A stretch of DNA of 64,000 nt from Octopus sinensis (Eukaryota): contig NC_043017.1 of assembly GCF_006345805.1 (NCBI RefSeq), positions 2,604,001-2,668,000 on the forward strand. The letters are read 5' to 3'. The translations under genes were made by a program, and so were the position numbers. Below the pieces are notes generated by a model. That model was not told the DNA's origin and ran no database searches. It worked only from the letters and a program-made list of their open reading frames with translations. This document shows positions 1-12,272 of this stretch, in pieces; position 1 is the first letter of the stretch; every line of letters begins with the position of its first letter.

Positions 1-248
1 AACGGAACACGACTGAATTATTTTTAAACCTTTGTAAATACAAACATACTCCAACGTGTGTGTGTGTTTCTGATGTGTCCTAAGTACTTTGATGAGCCTA
101 AAAAGATATCGATTAAATATGTAGGGTCAATATATATTATATTTTCTCATTCCAAAGCATTCACTCAAGCGTGCAATGTCCGCTTTATATATATATATAT
201 ATATCACTGGTTCGTTGCATTTCTGTAACTTAAAAAAAAATAGCCCAT

Positions 249-315
249 GAGCAAATGGCGTAGTGGTTAAGAGCACGGGCTACTAACCCCAAGATTTCAA
301 GTTCAATTCCAAGTA
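249..315 (+). mobile_element. tRNA-derived SINE head (same family as the hammerhead-bearing SINE at 15.5-15.95 kb)
   Basis: A box TGGCGTAGTGG, anticodon-like stem-loop GGGCTACTAACCC, B box AGTTCAATTCC; shares GGTTAAGAG..CGGG.TACTAACCCCAAGATT with 15728-15759. Confidence 0.75.
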
Positions 316-1690
316 ATACACACTGATGATATCAGTCTATATTACTGTGTTTAGTCATTAGATATGGTACACCATTGCTTGTCTCAGTTTATTTTACTTT
401 ATTTTATGCCGAAATTTGTAAATAATAGCACCATTGGTTACAGGTTTCTAATGAACCAATCACTGGTTCGTTGCATTTCTGTAACTTGGTGGTCTTCATT
501 CTAAGAGCACTATATATATATATATATATATATATATCTCGGGAGCGATACCTATTTATCTTGTTTCAGTCACTGGACTATGGCCATACTGGGACACTTC
601 TGTTTTTCCGTATAAGCTGGTTCCGCTTCTTTAACTGGCTTCAGTTGTCATCTCTCTCTCTCTACCTTTTTTCATTCACCTTACGTATTAATTACTTTTA
701 TTCATTAACCAATACAAACAGTCTGTGTAATTAGTGTTGGTCTGTCTCCTTCGTAGATATATCGATATATAGAGCTCGTCCCTTAAACGTCAGCTCGAGG
801 TGTTGGGGTTTGATTTTATAAAGGTCATCTCTGTCAGCCTCCGTCAGTATCGACAATTCGTGTCCAGTCGTTTAACTGCTTACTTGAAATCATGTGTTAA
901 GCGTTTGAACATTCCACGGGCACGTGTTATTCCCAGAGAGAATCAACGCGACCCAGTGGTGTAGTTGTTGGATTTATTTTCTTTCAATCCGGTTTTTCCG
1001 TACGGTTTTTTGTATGTACCCAATTTCACACACTAGGCTTTTTGCCAAAATATGTTACGACACCTCAATCATTGCGAAACGCACTGCTTAAACGTTCTGT
1101 CATGTTTTATATAATCTCATCCACCCTTCGAAAAAAAACACAGCTAATGTTCATATGCAGGTTTTATCTTGTCATCACGTTCTGGGTTCAAATTCTGCCG
1201 AGGTCAACTCTGCCTGTCATCCTTTCGGTATCGATGTAATCAACTTACCTGGTCTTTGCCCAAATATGAAATCAATATTTATATGCTGATTATCATCAGA
1301 CCCCAAATTGATCATGAATAAAATGTTAAATATTGGTGTTTTTGACTGTTACGGATTTCTCCACCCTTTTTTCGGATTTACCTTGAAGCAAAGGTTTTGT
1401 GTATTCACATGTTGCATTAGCTTTGAATAATAAAGTTTATATTACCTGTTGTTAAAGAGTGTTAAATATGATTAAAAAACAAAGCGGATTATACATTAAT
1501 ATAGGTGAGAGAGGGATCCAGAAGTAAACATTTCTTTATCATCTCCCATTCAGAACTAATTATATCCGGAAATGGTGAGGAAGGACTGTTTGTTGTGCTT
1601 AGGGTTTTCTTAGGGCTAGGGTCATGCCCTAATTAACTGAGGCCACGCTCCTCACCTGGCGTTTGATAACATACATACATAGTATAGTGT

Positions 1691-2085
1691 CTTTTCACTT
1701 GTTTGTCATTTCACCGCGGCCGTGTTGGAGCACCGCCTTAAAAGGATTTTTTAGTCAAACAAATCAACCCCAGGGCTTATTCTTTGAAAGCCTAGTACTT
1801 ATCTATCGGACCTTTTTGCCGAACTGCTACGTTACAGGGCCGTATACACACCCACATCGTTTGTCAAGCAATAGTTTTTTTTTGGGGAGGGGGGAGAAAC
1901 ACAAACCCACATTTATATTTTTATATACCACGGGCTTCTCTCAGTTTCCACCTATCGTATCCAATCATAATACCTTAGTTGGCCCGAGGCTATACTAGAA
2001 GATACTTGCCCAAGGTGCTTCGAGGTGGGACTGAACCCAGAACTATGTGGTTGGGAAGCAAGCTTCTTACCACACAGCCACGCCT
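1691..2085 (-). mobile_element. SINE family A (tRNA head, CORE-like segment, central microsatellite, ...GACTGAAACAAGTAAAAG tail), near full length
   Basis: Minus strand reads GTGGCTGTGTGGTAAG...GGTTCAGTCCCAC...CACCTTGGGCAAGT; roughly 20 related copies or fragments occur in the window. Confidence 0.85.
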
Positions 2086-2237
2086 CTTAGGTTTACATAC
2101 ATTTATAACTATATGTATACGCGCGTAGTGTGTGTGTATGTATACATATATGTATATATATATGCATATATTTATATTACTTATATATATATATATATAT
2201 ATGCTGCGTGTATTTTGTTTACCTCTTTCACTCTCTC

Positions 2238-2317
<80 letters not shown>

Positions 2318-2380
2318 CATGTGTGTATGTGGTGCGTGTATTAGATTTACGATACAGTTATATCTGTACACGTGTGTATA

Positions 2381-2436
<56 letters not shown>

Positions 2437-4373
2437 GCTGTTTTGTTAATATGTATCTACGCACATATTCACACATGCATGTATATATATATACCTACTC
2501 ATGCGCTCACACCATAGGCATGAAGTTAATGTTTCGACGACGACCATCGCTAAAACACGAAATAGTATAATCTAAGCACCGCAATCAATATTTCCTCTCC
2601 ATTTTTCTGCTTTAAGTACTTTTTCATGTTTATAAAACTCACACAACTCCACATATACGCATCGCATTGGCGCTTCTAATATTTGAGCGGGAAAAGAAGG
2701 ACGTCGTACTATCAGATGCTTATTGAACCCTTAAAACCTCTCTCCCTTCTTCCCTTTATAAGAAATTCTCTCCATCACCTCTCCCCTCTGAAAAATAAGA
2801 AACCCTTTGATGTGTAATTTGCTCAGCTTTCCACATTCTTTTTAATGTATTTCCTCCTCCTCATCCTCCGCCTCCCCAGCATCTTCTCCATCTCTCAATT
2901 TTCGTGTGAGGTGCGGCAAATTATGATGACATACAATCGAAATGATCAAGAGTAAAAAAGAGGCAAAACCAGACTAACCCTGCAAAGCAATCACTCACAC
3001 TCTTGGTATTTCCTTCTAAAACAACCCCCACCCACCTCCCACTCTTTTTCGCAAAGAAATCCCCCAAAACAATTAGGGCCCCACCTCACTTAAATGGGTT
3101 TTTTTTTCCTTCATATTTATTATTTTATTAGAGATCTCAACCAAGTTTTTGTCACTTCAAATTCTCTCCTTTTCTCTTACAAGTTTTAACCTTTCTCTCT
3201 CTCGCCTGTAAAATTCACGCTTTTTTTGCGTTTAGCTTTAGTTCAGTCGGTCACTACAGAACAGTTTTACCGTCAGAGACATTCCATTCATGACCATCTC
3301 ATCTAATTTTGAATCATAGTGCATTTAGAACTACCAATATCTGGTACGCATACACGCATCCCAGAAAATTAGCCTGCCTAATAGTATCATTTCAAGAAAG
3401 ATCCTACCAATACTGTGGTGGGTCTCATAGTCGCGGTTCATTATCGTACGCTGTTTCTCTTGTTTTAAGTTGGTAAGATACGACTAGAGATTTGACTGCC
3501 ATTTCTGGCAATTCAAACCGTATATTCAAATTTACTGCAAAAGCCCCCTCGTCCGCTTTTTTGATTTCCGTCAACTATTATAAAATACAACTTGTGTTAT
3601 ATGTTGAGCCTCAGGTCAGTCCTAATCGAGTTGATCCACGGTTCAAAAACTATCTTGCCATGACCATCCAGATTTTTTTAAGGTTATTTAATAATACACA
3701 TTGATGTTTTTTTTTTGTTGTTTTTAGAGTTTGTTGCTATTCTCTCTCTCTTTTTCTTCTGTTCACTTGAGTAGTGTGTTTTATAGAAACCGCAGAATAT
3801 GACTATATAAGAACATTGACGTACAATTAATCTATGGCTTGTCGAAATATTTAAGAAGTTCGCTTCGCTAGCCCAAGGTGTCGGGTTCGATTCTACAGCA
3901 TGACTTCTTGATAAATGTCATTTAATTTTAGCCTTCTAGCCTTTCTCAATGAAACTCAGTTGTGGGGAACCCCCTTTCGGATAGATTGTGCTTATAATTT
4001 AAAAGTTCACAAATCGAGTCATGCTGATCAGGTCTAAGAATTAACATCGAGGATACGTCTTTGCAATAATAAAGAAGTATTTTAAGTTAATTGAAGAACT
4101 GAATGCTTAGGGTCGAAAACCTTAGAAATCTATTTACAGTTTATACAATTATAATTGAATATCTTTAGGGATGGCTACAAATGGGAATTTGTCAGATCAC
4201 TTTTCTCAATGAATACCACGAAGTGTTATCTAGATTTTTGCATTTTGTCATTATTAAATGAATCATTTTGTAGAAATGTTAATATATATACATACACACA
4301 CACACATATCTATATCTATCTATCCATCCATCTATATATATATATATATATTAGATATATATATATATTATAT

Positions 4374-4425
<52 letters not shown>

Positions 4426-4427
<2 letters not shown>

Positions 4428-4578
4428 GGAGTGGTTGGCGTTAGGAAGGGCATCCAGCTGTAGAACACTGCCATATCTGACTGGCCTGTGCAGCCTTCGG
4501 GCTTGCCAGACCCCAGTTAAACCGTCCAACCCATGCTAGCATGGAAAGCGGACGTTAAACGATGATGATGATGATGAT
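4426..4578 (+). mobile_element. Retroposon 3' end, family D (GGAAGGGCATCCAGCTGTA ... (GAT)n tail)
   Basis: Multi-copy in window, 5'-truncated, ends in (GAT)n, inserted after a (TA)n tract; SINE or RTE-LINE-like tail by inference. Confidence 0.8.
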
Positions 4579-5511
4579 ATTTATAGTGGTAAATTGTATG
4601 GTTATTGATAATTTGTCTATTTTCGGCATATTTGGCATTAGAATTTTTTTCTTTTGCCCTTGTTTATAAGTTATTATATATATATATATATTTTCACGTT
4701 GCATAATAATTATACGATCGTCCTCGTCAAATCCCCCACCCCCCGCAAATTTGGGAACTTTAAATGAATGAATGAAAGATAAAAACTTGTCTAATGCGCC
4801 GGTTTATTTCAGCTGGCTTTGCCCATCTTTGTTTTCTATAAACCTGTTTAGGTCGAGTAAATCTAATTAAAGGCGTCCACGGTGTTGTTTTTCTCCGCTT
4901 TTTGTTTTACGCATACTTTGTATTGTTAGAAGTTTATGTAACGATCGAGCACAGCTATAAATAAATATTGCTCAGAGCACGAGGAACACTGTGTGTGTGT
5001 GTGTGTGTGGTATATATATATATATACACAGGGCCTCTGAGAGCGATTTATTCTGTAAGGCAGAACAAAACTGTTTTCGGTGTCCGAGATGAAGTTCATT
5101 TTTAAAATTCAAATGTACTGAATGAACATTTCTTTTTGTGTTTTTTCGCTCTACCTCTTTCCTCGGGATGAGTAAGCACAGATAATTTAGGGGCTCTCCG
5201 GGACCTGTACTGATGTAGCGGATGAACTTCCCACTCACAGGTCCCGTGTGTGTATATTCCATGTGTATTATATATTTAACCCCAATTGCTGCATTCGTTG
5301 TTAATCCTGATCCAACAGAATGAAACCTACTTTTTTTTTCCTCTTACACATTCTAAGAAATGAAATTCCCTACGTTTCCCCTGCAAATACTGTTCATGTT
5401 GAAACGTTGTCCCACAAGCTTCCACCAAACATCAATAAACTAGTCAAAACTTTCAGCAAACCCCGAAATCTATACAATAAGTACTGCGTCTTAGGGAACC
5501 CCACAAAAAGC

Positions 5512-5762
5512 GGTACTACTGAAGAAGCGTGGTCCCAGTGCGCGTACTCGCGAATCCGCGCTTGCTAGTCGTGACTAGTCGATCCTACAACGACTACTTA
5601 GCAAAGTAAATAAAACACAAAATAAATAATTTTTTTTACACAAAGTAAATAAGACACAAAAACACAAAGTAAATAAGACACAAAAACACAAAGTAAGGAT
5701 CGACTAGTCACGACTAGCTTGCGCGAGTGCGCGCACCGTGACCACTCTTCTTAAGTAGTACC
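5512..5762. mobile_element. MITE, probable Merlin superfamily, complete with TSD
   Basis: About 70-bp imperfect TIRs GGTACTACT...GACTAGTCGATCCT / AGGATCGACTAGTC...AGTAGTACC; exact 8-bp TSD CAAAAAGC at 5504-5511 and 5763-5770; GGNRM termini with an 8-9 bp TSD are the Merlin signature. Confidence 0.85.
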
Positions 5763-6375
5763 CAAAAAGCAACCAGTGTTGATGATAAAATACGTAGCAG
5801 TTCTTAAGTACCAGTTACGCACTGGGGTCGATGTAATCGACTCAATCCGTTTGTCTGTCCTTGTTTGTCCCCCTCTGCGTTTAGCCCCTTTTTGGGTAAT
5901 AAAAAAAAACCGGATAAAATACGTAAGAGTTCTTAAGTCCCGGATTTGCTAAGTACCAGTCATATACTCGTGTTCTATTCAGTGTACTGCTACCGTTTTT
6001 CTTCAGTGTTCTGGTCTTTGTGCTCGAAGTTGTGGTTCCTTTCACATTTCGTCGCTTCTCCCACCTCAAACACACCTCGACATTAATTAGTCGTGAAAAT
6101 CAGCCACATTGTCTACACATCAAATCTCTATTCACACACACACACACACACACTCTCTCTTTCTCTTTCTCATTCTTTTTACCTCCTCATTCACTACATA
6201 TTTCTTTCTGAATGAGGCATTGTATCCTTCTCTCTCTCTTCGCTCCTCTCCCACACAGCTCTCTCACTTTTTCCATCTTTTTCCACACGTTCTTTCCCCT
6301 CCACACACTTTTCTCTCTTTCACTGATTTCCTTCGTTTTATTCTCTTTTCCGTCTCTCTCCTTTTTTCAATGTCA

Positions 6376-6383
6376 TATAAATA
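6376..6383 (+). promoter_or_regulatory. Candidate TATA box within a CT-rich tract
   Basis: TATAAATA embedded in a long polypyrimidine tract, upstream of a SINE-free, relatively CpG-rich region; motif evidence only. Confidence 0.2.
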
Positions 6384-8848
6384 GTCTCTCTTCTTCTCTT
6401 CTCCAAGAGCTCTCGTTCTCCATCTCCGCCCTCCAAATATCTCATCCCCTCTACACAGCTCTTCCATCCTCTATCTTTTACCTGGCCCTCTACTTCTCTC
6501 TATCTCTCCCTCTTCTCCTGAGCATCTCTCTCTCCCATGCTGTCCTTCCTCTTCTTTCCTCTCTGTCTGCCTCTTATTTAAACTGGAAGACGATCGACAT
6601 CAACCAGCAGCGACAACAACAGCAAATAATAATAATAATAATAATATCGACAACACAAACTTCAACAACGATCTCTCTTCGATTATTTTTTTGCTTCTTC
6701 TTCTTGTTTTCACTCTTATTTTTATCTTCCACTTTAATTAAACGAGATTACAGATATTTTTTTTGCATTCATTATTATTAGAATTTGGTAGGAAATTAGA
6801 TGCTTTCAAAAAAAGAAACGAAAAAGCAGCTTCCATTTACTGGAAGTGGGACGACATGTCTTGGTAAAGTAAAATAACATCAGATTGGTGAGGAAAACAA
6901 CGGATGTTGATGTAGCGAGGCAGGTTTTCTTCTTACTCTTTCTTTCTTTTCTTATTTACTTTCATTCATTTCTTGGAGGAAGTCTAAGATTTTGAAGCGG
7001 TTGTTTAAAAAAGTCGACATGGAAATCGCTTCGGAGCCGATGATGAAAGACGGGGGTAGATAAAAGAAGAGACGGAAAACGAACTAGAACACTCTCTATA
7101 TATAATGAAAAAGAAACTGAACATTTATCTACTTCTAATTAGTTTCTTAACGAGGTGGTACAATTAAAAAATAAAAATTATTGCAGATGATTAAATCGAC
7201 ACCGAAAAAGAAAAAAAAATAATAATAACGACGAATGAGCGAACCTCCGCGTGGTTGTTCGAATTGCTAAAAACACCAGCCATAATAACGATCCCGCAGA
7301 TCGTAAAAGGACACATTTTTGTTTGTGGCTTAGAAGTGCATATAAAAAAAAAGCCATATTTTCTTTTTTTTTCTTCTTCTATATATAAAGAAAGAAGCAA
7401 TATTCCATTTATCCATCGTAATTTTGTTGCGGATGACTGTTACTAGGCAACACTATCCTTATATATATATATATATATTTCTCTTTTCTCCTCTCGTTTT
7501 TTTTTAATTCTTTCTATTTGCCATTTTTTGTGTCTCTTTTTCGTTCATATTTCTCTCAAATATAGCAGTTGTGTCCATTATAAAGAACTGCTTCTGTTAT
7601 TGTGCAAAGAGTGAAGAGAACTGCAAGGTGATATCGTAATATTGTTAATTATCTAATTGTCCCAGAGCGAAGCACTTTAGCAAAATTCAAAGAAGCGGTT
7701 AAGGTGCTTGGCTGACAAATATCACATCTAAGCGGGTCTGTAAAATAAGTGCACATGTTCTGAGGTCACAGTATAATTTACCATATTTTTTTTCTTGGCA
7801 CCAATGTTGTTGTTGTTAGCATTAGATTAATCCTCATAATACGTCCCTGACATAAAATCTTTTTCATTGCTGCTATGCAGTGCAGCTGAGGCCACGTTAT
7901 CCAACGTGTCCGTCTAGGGTATGATTTAGCTGCTATTTTTAGCAGGTCCACCCATCGCACATACTTCCCACCGGGTCGTCGTTGTCCTCGACGAATGTCA
8001 ATAAATAAAAAGATAAATAATATCTTGACAAGACCAGCCGCAGCACCGAGTTTCCAATCTTCTACTTTAATTAATTTTATTGGTTGCTGTTAACTCTCCA
8101 GATCGAATAAATATTATATCGTCTCGTTTCTCCCTCCTTTAACAATGTTATCATTTTCGTTAGTATTTCCTCTTCTAACTCTATAAGGAATTGGGTTAAA
8201 AATTCTACCCGAGTTCAGCTAAAGAAATAAAGATCCTAGTTATTCATTTGGAGTCAATTTAATTAACCGTTTATCTCTTCCTTGCTAATGATGTTTGTGA
8301 TTGTATTTGGGTTGCAAGCTGGCAAAATGTTAGCATTTCGTCCTTCGTCCGTCTAGTTTCTGAGTTCAAATTCCACCGATATCGACTTTGCTTTTCATCC
8401 TTTTGGGTACCAGTTTATCATAGGGTCGATGTAATCGACATACCTCCTACCCTGATCTTGTGCCAAAATACGAAACCAATATTTGTAGCTTTATATTCAA
8501 TGTCTGTAATTAAAACTTTCGGTATTGTTAGTATTCCAGGATCAACCAGGACCGAAAAAAGAAATAAAAACTCGGAAGGGCATGTCGGTTGTGGATATAA
8601 CCATCTAGGACTACTTTATCTAATGTCTTTTCCTTAACAAGACTGGTTGGACGGAAATTGGGAGATTCGGCTGCTGTTTCTAGCATGTCGAATACTCGAA
8701 ATATTTCTTCCTTTTTAGCTTATATATTGCGGTTCGTTATTTCGACTTTCCATTATCCGTGGTTCTTTAAATCCCAGCACAGAACTTGCCCTTCTCTCTC
8801 TCTCTCTCCTCTTAAGGTCGATAAACAAAGAGAGTGGAACTAACTAAA

Positions 8849-8890
<42 letters not shown>

Positions 8891-9198
8891 GAACAGAAAA
8901 AAATCTAGAAAATGGATAAGGGATGTTTTTGACTGAAGATATATTACAAGGATGGGTCAAAATGTCATCAAGTTTTGTAATTATTGATATTTCCACCCGA
9001 ATAGTAAAATTCAAACGTTGTTTTTCATTAATCATTTCCTTCTGTGTATTCTGGTTGTAACGAAGCCCCATTAATACGTTTATCTGCAGACAAAAATCTG
9101 TTGTTCTGTTTATTCTGTGGATGTGTTCGTTGGTGCCATATCTCTTTGGCAATAAAATTGTGTTAATTTTTCTTTATTGGTTTTTCCTTTATCTGCAG

Positions 9199-9280
9199 CT
9201 TGGGTTTGCTGAGATAAAAACCACTTTATTTTTTATTTGTGTATTTTTGTTGTATGCCTGGAATTCAAAGACGAAACCAA
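9199..9280 (+). other. Candidate 82-nt exon
   Basis: Acceptor TTTTTCCTTTATCTGCAG and donor CAA|GTGAGT; no recognisable protein homology. Confidence 0.3.
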
Positions 9281-9640
9281 GTGAGTTATAAAACCGTTGT
9301 TCTAACCAACACACTTAAAACAGCACGTGCGTGTGTGTGTGTGTGTGTCCGTGTGTGAATGGGTTTGTATTATGAGAATTTGGTAATTTCGAGAGATATT
9401 AAGTAAATTATATTTTTAACAATGAATTTCGAAGTAGTTAACAGCTATTAAGTAATAATCGCTCTATTAATAAAAAAATCCTAGGTTGGAAAAAAACAAA
9501 ATTGGAGGCTCCCTCACTTCTCCCATCCAACGGATGTTAAACCTAATATTCGAATGGCTATAATATTTATATCATTTATAGCTTTATCTACTTCGAGTTC
9601 CATCATTAAAAGACCAATTTATATATATATATATAAATTA

Positions 9641-9692
9641 GTCCAGACTAATTGTCATATATATATATATATATATGACAGTTAGTCTGGAC
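9641..9692. repeat. Fold-back palindrome centred on (TA)n
   Basis: GTCCAGACTAATTGTCA-(TA)n-TGACAGTTAGTCTGGAC; unique arms match 16/17. Confidence 0.9.
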
Positions 9693-9775
9693 AGCTTCCA
9701 GCTGGCCAGGTCTGTCAAACTGTCCAACCCATGCCAGCATGAAAAACGGACGTTAAGCGATGATAATGATGATAA

Positions 9776-10152
9776 GGTGCAAATGTGGCTGTGGTAAGAA
9801 GCTTGCTTCCAAGCCACATGGCACCTTGGAAAGTGTCTTCTACTATAGCCTCGGGCCGACCAAACTCTTGTGCACGGGCTTGTTAAACAGAAACTGAAAG
9901 AAGCCCTTTGTATATGTACCTATATGTGTATGTCTTTGTGCCTATGTTTGTCCCTCACCACTACAGCTTGACAACTGGTATTGGTGTGTTTATATCCCCA
10001 TAACTTAGCAGTTCAGCAAAGGAGAACAATATAAGCAACCAGACCTCCAAAAATAAAGTACTGCGGTCGATTCATTCGGCTAAAAAAAAGAAATTCTCCA
10101 AGGCAGTGCCTCAGCATGGCCAAAATCCAATGATTGAAGCACGCAAAAGATA
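9776..10152 (+). mobile_element. SINE family A, diverged
   Basis: Head GTGGCTGTGGTAAGAAGC, CACCTTGGAAAGTGTC, tail CAGCATGGCC. Confidence 0.8.
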
Positions 10153-10494
10153 TATGCGGAATATATAAAGTTGACTGCAGGTACTTAATTAAAACCAGGC
10201 TGTGTAATTTTCAAACTGCAGCCAGATAATTGCAGCAGGATTCATATTGCATGATGCATGTACCAGCTGTTATCTCATAACAACGAAACATTAAAATCTC
10301 ATTTTTTTTTGTCATTTTATATGCATATTGCTATATATCTGATGCCTGTATTGGATGCTAAACACATTATTGGTTGTGTATATATTATACAAGAAGAACA
10401 GCAGCGCACTTTGCAGGACCTCTTCAAATTGGAAACCGGAGTCATTTTTAGATATAGTTAAAATCCTTAAGTGTTCAGATTATTTTGTCAATCA

Positions 10495-10930
10495 TCACTA
10501 TCATCATCGTTTAACGTCCGCTTTCCATGCTGGCATGGGTTGGACGATTTGACTGAGGTCTGGCGAACCAGATGGCTACACCAGGCTCCAATCTTGAACT
10601 GGCAGAGTTTCTACAGCTTGATGCCCTTCCTAACACCAACCACTCCGAGAGTGTAGTGAGTGCTTTTATTTGGTACTGGCAACAGTCACACTCAAATGGT
10701 GCTTTTTATGTGCCACCTACACAGGAGCCAGTCCAGCGGCACTGGCAGTGACCTTGCTCGAATGTATTTTCACATGCCACTGGCACAAGTGCCAGTAAGG
10801 GGATGCAGGTAACGATCACACTCAAATGGTGCTTTTTTACATGCCATCGGCACGGAGGCCAGCTTTTTGCCCTGGCAATGATCACACTCGTATGGTGCCC
10901 TTAGCACTCCACTACCACAGATGCCCATTC
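10495..10930 (-). mobile_element. Family D retroposon, long form with internal subrepeats
   Basis: (CAT)n tail on + strand, GATGCCCTTCCTAAC core, three TCACACTC..ATGGTGC subrepeats. Confidence 0.8.
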
Positions 10931-11107
10931 ACATTGCGCTTAATTAATCATGCATTATTTTGTAACTTAGGAACACTGATATGATTTTATATTTGTACGA
11001 TGGCATTGAAGGGTAGGTGTGATAGGCTGGATCTCGTTGGTTTGAACATAAAGCAGATAGCATATTGGGGCCAGATAGGGTTGATTCAAAAGCTGACCCT
11101 GTATGAT

Positions 11108-11501
11108 GTTTTACTCTTTACTTCTTTTACTTGTTTCAGTCATTTGAATGTGGCCATACTGGAGCACCGCCTTTAGTCAAGCAAATCGCTCCCAGGACTT
11201 ATTCTTTGTAAGCCTAGTGCTTATTCTGTCGGTTTCTTTTGCCGAACCGCTAAGTTACGGGGACATAAACACACCAGCATTGGTTGTCAAGCGATGTTGG
11301 GGGGACAAACACAGACACACACACATATACATATACATATATATGAAGGGCTTCTTTCAGTTTCCGTCTACCAAATCCACTCACAAGGCTTTGGTTGGCC
11401 CGAGGCTATAGTATAAGACACTTGCCCAAGGTGCCACGCAGAGGGACTGAACCCGGAACCATGTGGTTCGTAAGCATGCTACTTACCACAATGCCACTCC
11501 T
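11108..11501 (-). mobile_element. SINE family A, full length
   Basis: High identity to copies at 44184-44584 and 58720-59172. Confidence 0.9.
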
Positions 11502-11647
11502 TCCATAATTTGTTATATCATTTTCATTAAAATGGTCAAACAGTTGCACTGAGACAGCTGATATGTGAGTGCTTGACTGGCTAGAAATAGTAGCCAAATC
11601 TGTGAATCACTTTCATTATGAAGAGTTAAAAGATATTTTTTTACATG

Positions 11648-12003
11648 AGCGTTTGGGCCTCACGAAGGCAAGGTGGCTGATGCCGGTGACATGTGAAAAG
11701 CATCGGAGGCAATGATGACTAGCCAAGACGTTTGGCATTATGCTTTGCTTGAGAAGAAGTCCCACCAAGCCAAGTAAAATCACAGCTGTGGCAGATACTG
11801 GTGTCATGCAAATGGTACCCTTGCCAGTGGCACGCAAAAGCACCTATTACACTCTTGGAGTGGTTGGTGTTAGGAAGGGCATCCGGCCGTAGAAACCCTG
11901 CCAAAGCAGACTGGAGTTTGGTGCAGCCTTCCAGCTTGCCAGCCCTGGTTAAACTGTCCAACCCATGCCAGCATGGACAACGGACGTTCAATGATGATGG
12001 TGA
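11648..12003 (+). mobile_element. Family D retroposon
   Basis: GGAGTGGTTGGTGTTAGGAAGGGCATCC...CCATGCCAGCATGG...GATGATG. Confidence 0.8.
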
Positions 12004-12272
12004 CATAGATTGGGATTAGTGAAAGGGAAAAAGAGACTAGAGGTGACATATGCACATTATGCATGTGCAGTGGCAGCCACTGACAATGTTCTCAAATAGT
12101 TACCAAAATTTATAGATTTCAGGTATCTGTGCACATTTTGAGTTAACCTGAAAGTAGTATGGCCCTTACCTGATGGATTTAGAGAGGCAAGAAGTTAACA
12201 ATAATTCTGTTATTTTGGTTGGTGGTACTTAAATTCATCTGCACGTTTGATGGCAATCTATTGCTAGTTATT

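Noticed and set aside
84-130. TTGATGAG-CCTA...TAGG hammerhead-like stretch
   Set aside because: First core base is wrong and there is no GAAA box or stem I; too degenerate to call
249-315. Functional tRNA gene
   Set aside because: No acceptor stem; homologous to SINE heads elsewhere in the window
318-351. ACACA-CTGATGA...TGTGT possible hammerhead
   Set aside because: GAAA box and stem III are absent
1598-1622. TTAGGG telomere-like units
   Set aside because: Only two or three imperfect, non-contiguous units
5220-5265. GGGACCTGT...ACAGGTCCC inverted repeat (left arm begins near 5200)
   Set aside because: A 9-bp stem with an unpaired 28-nt loop is within chance expectation for 64 kb
6212-6781. 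189-aa L/S/F-rich ORF
   Set aside because: Translation of a CT-rich tract; no recognisable domain
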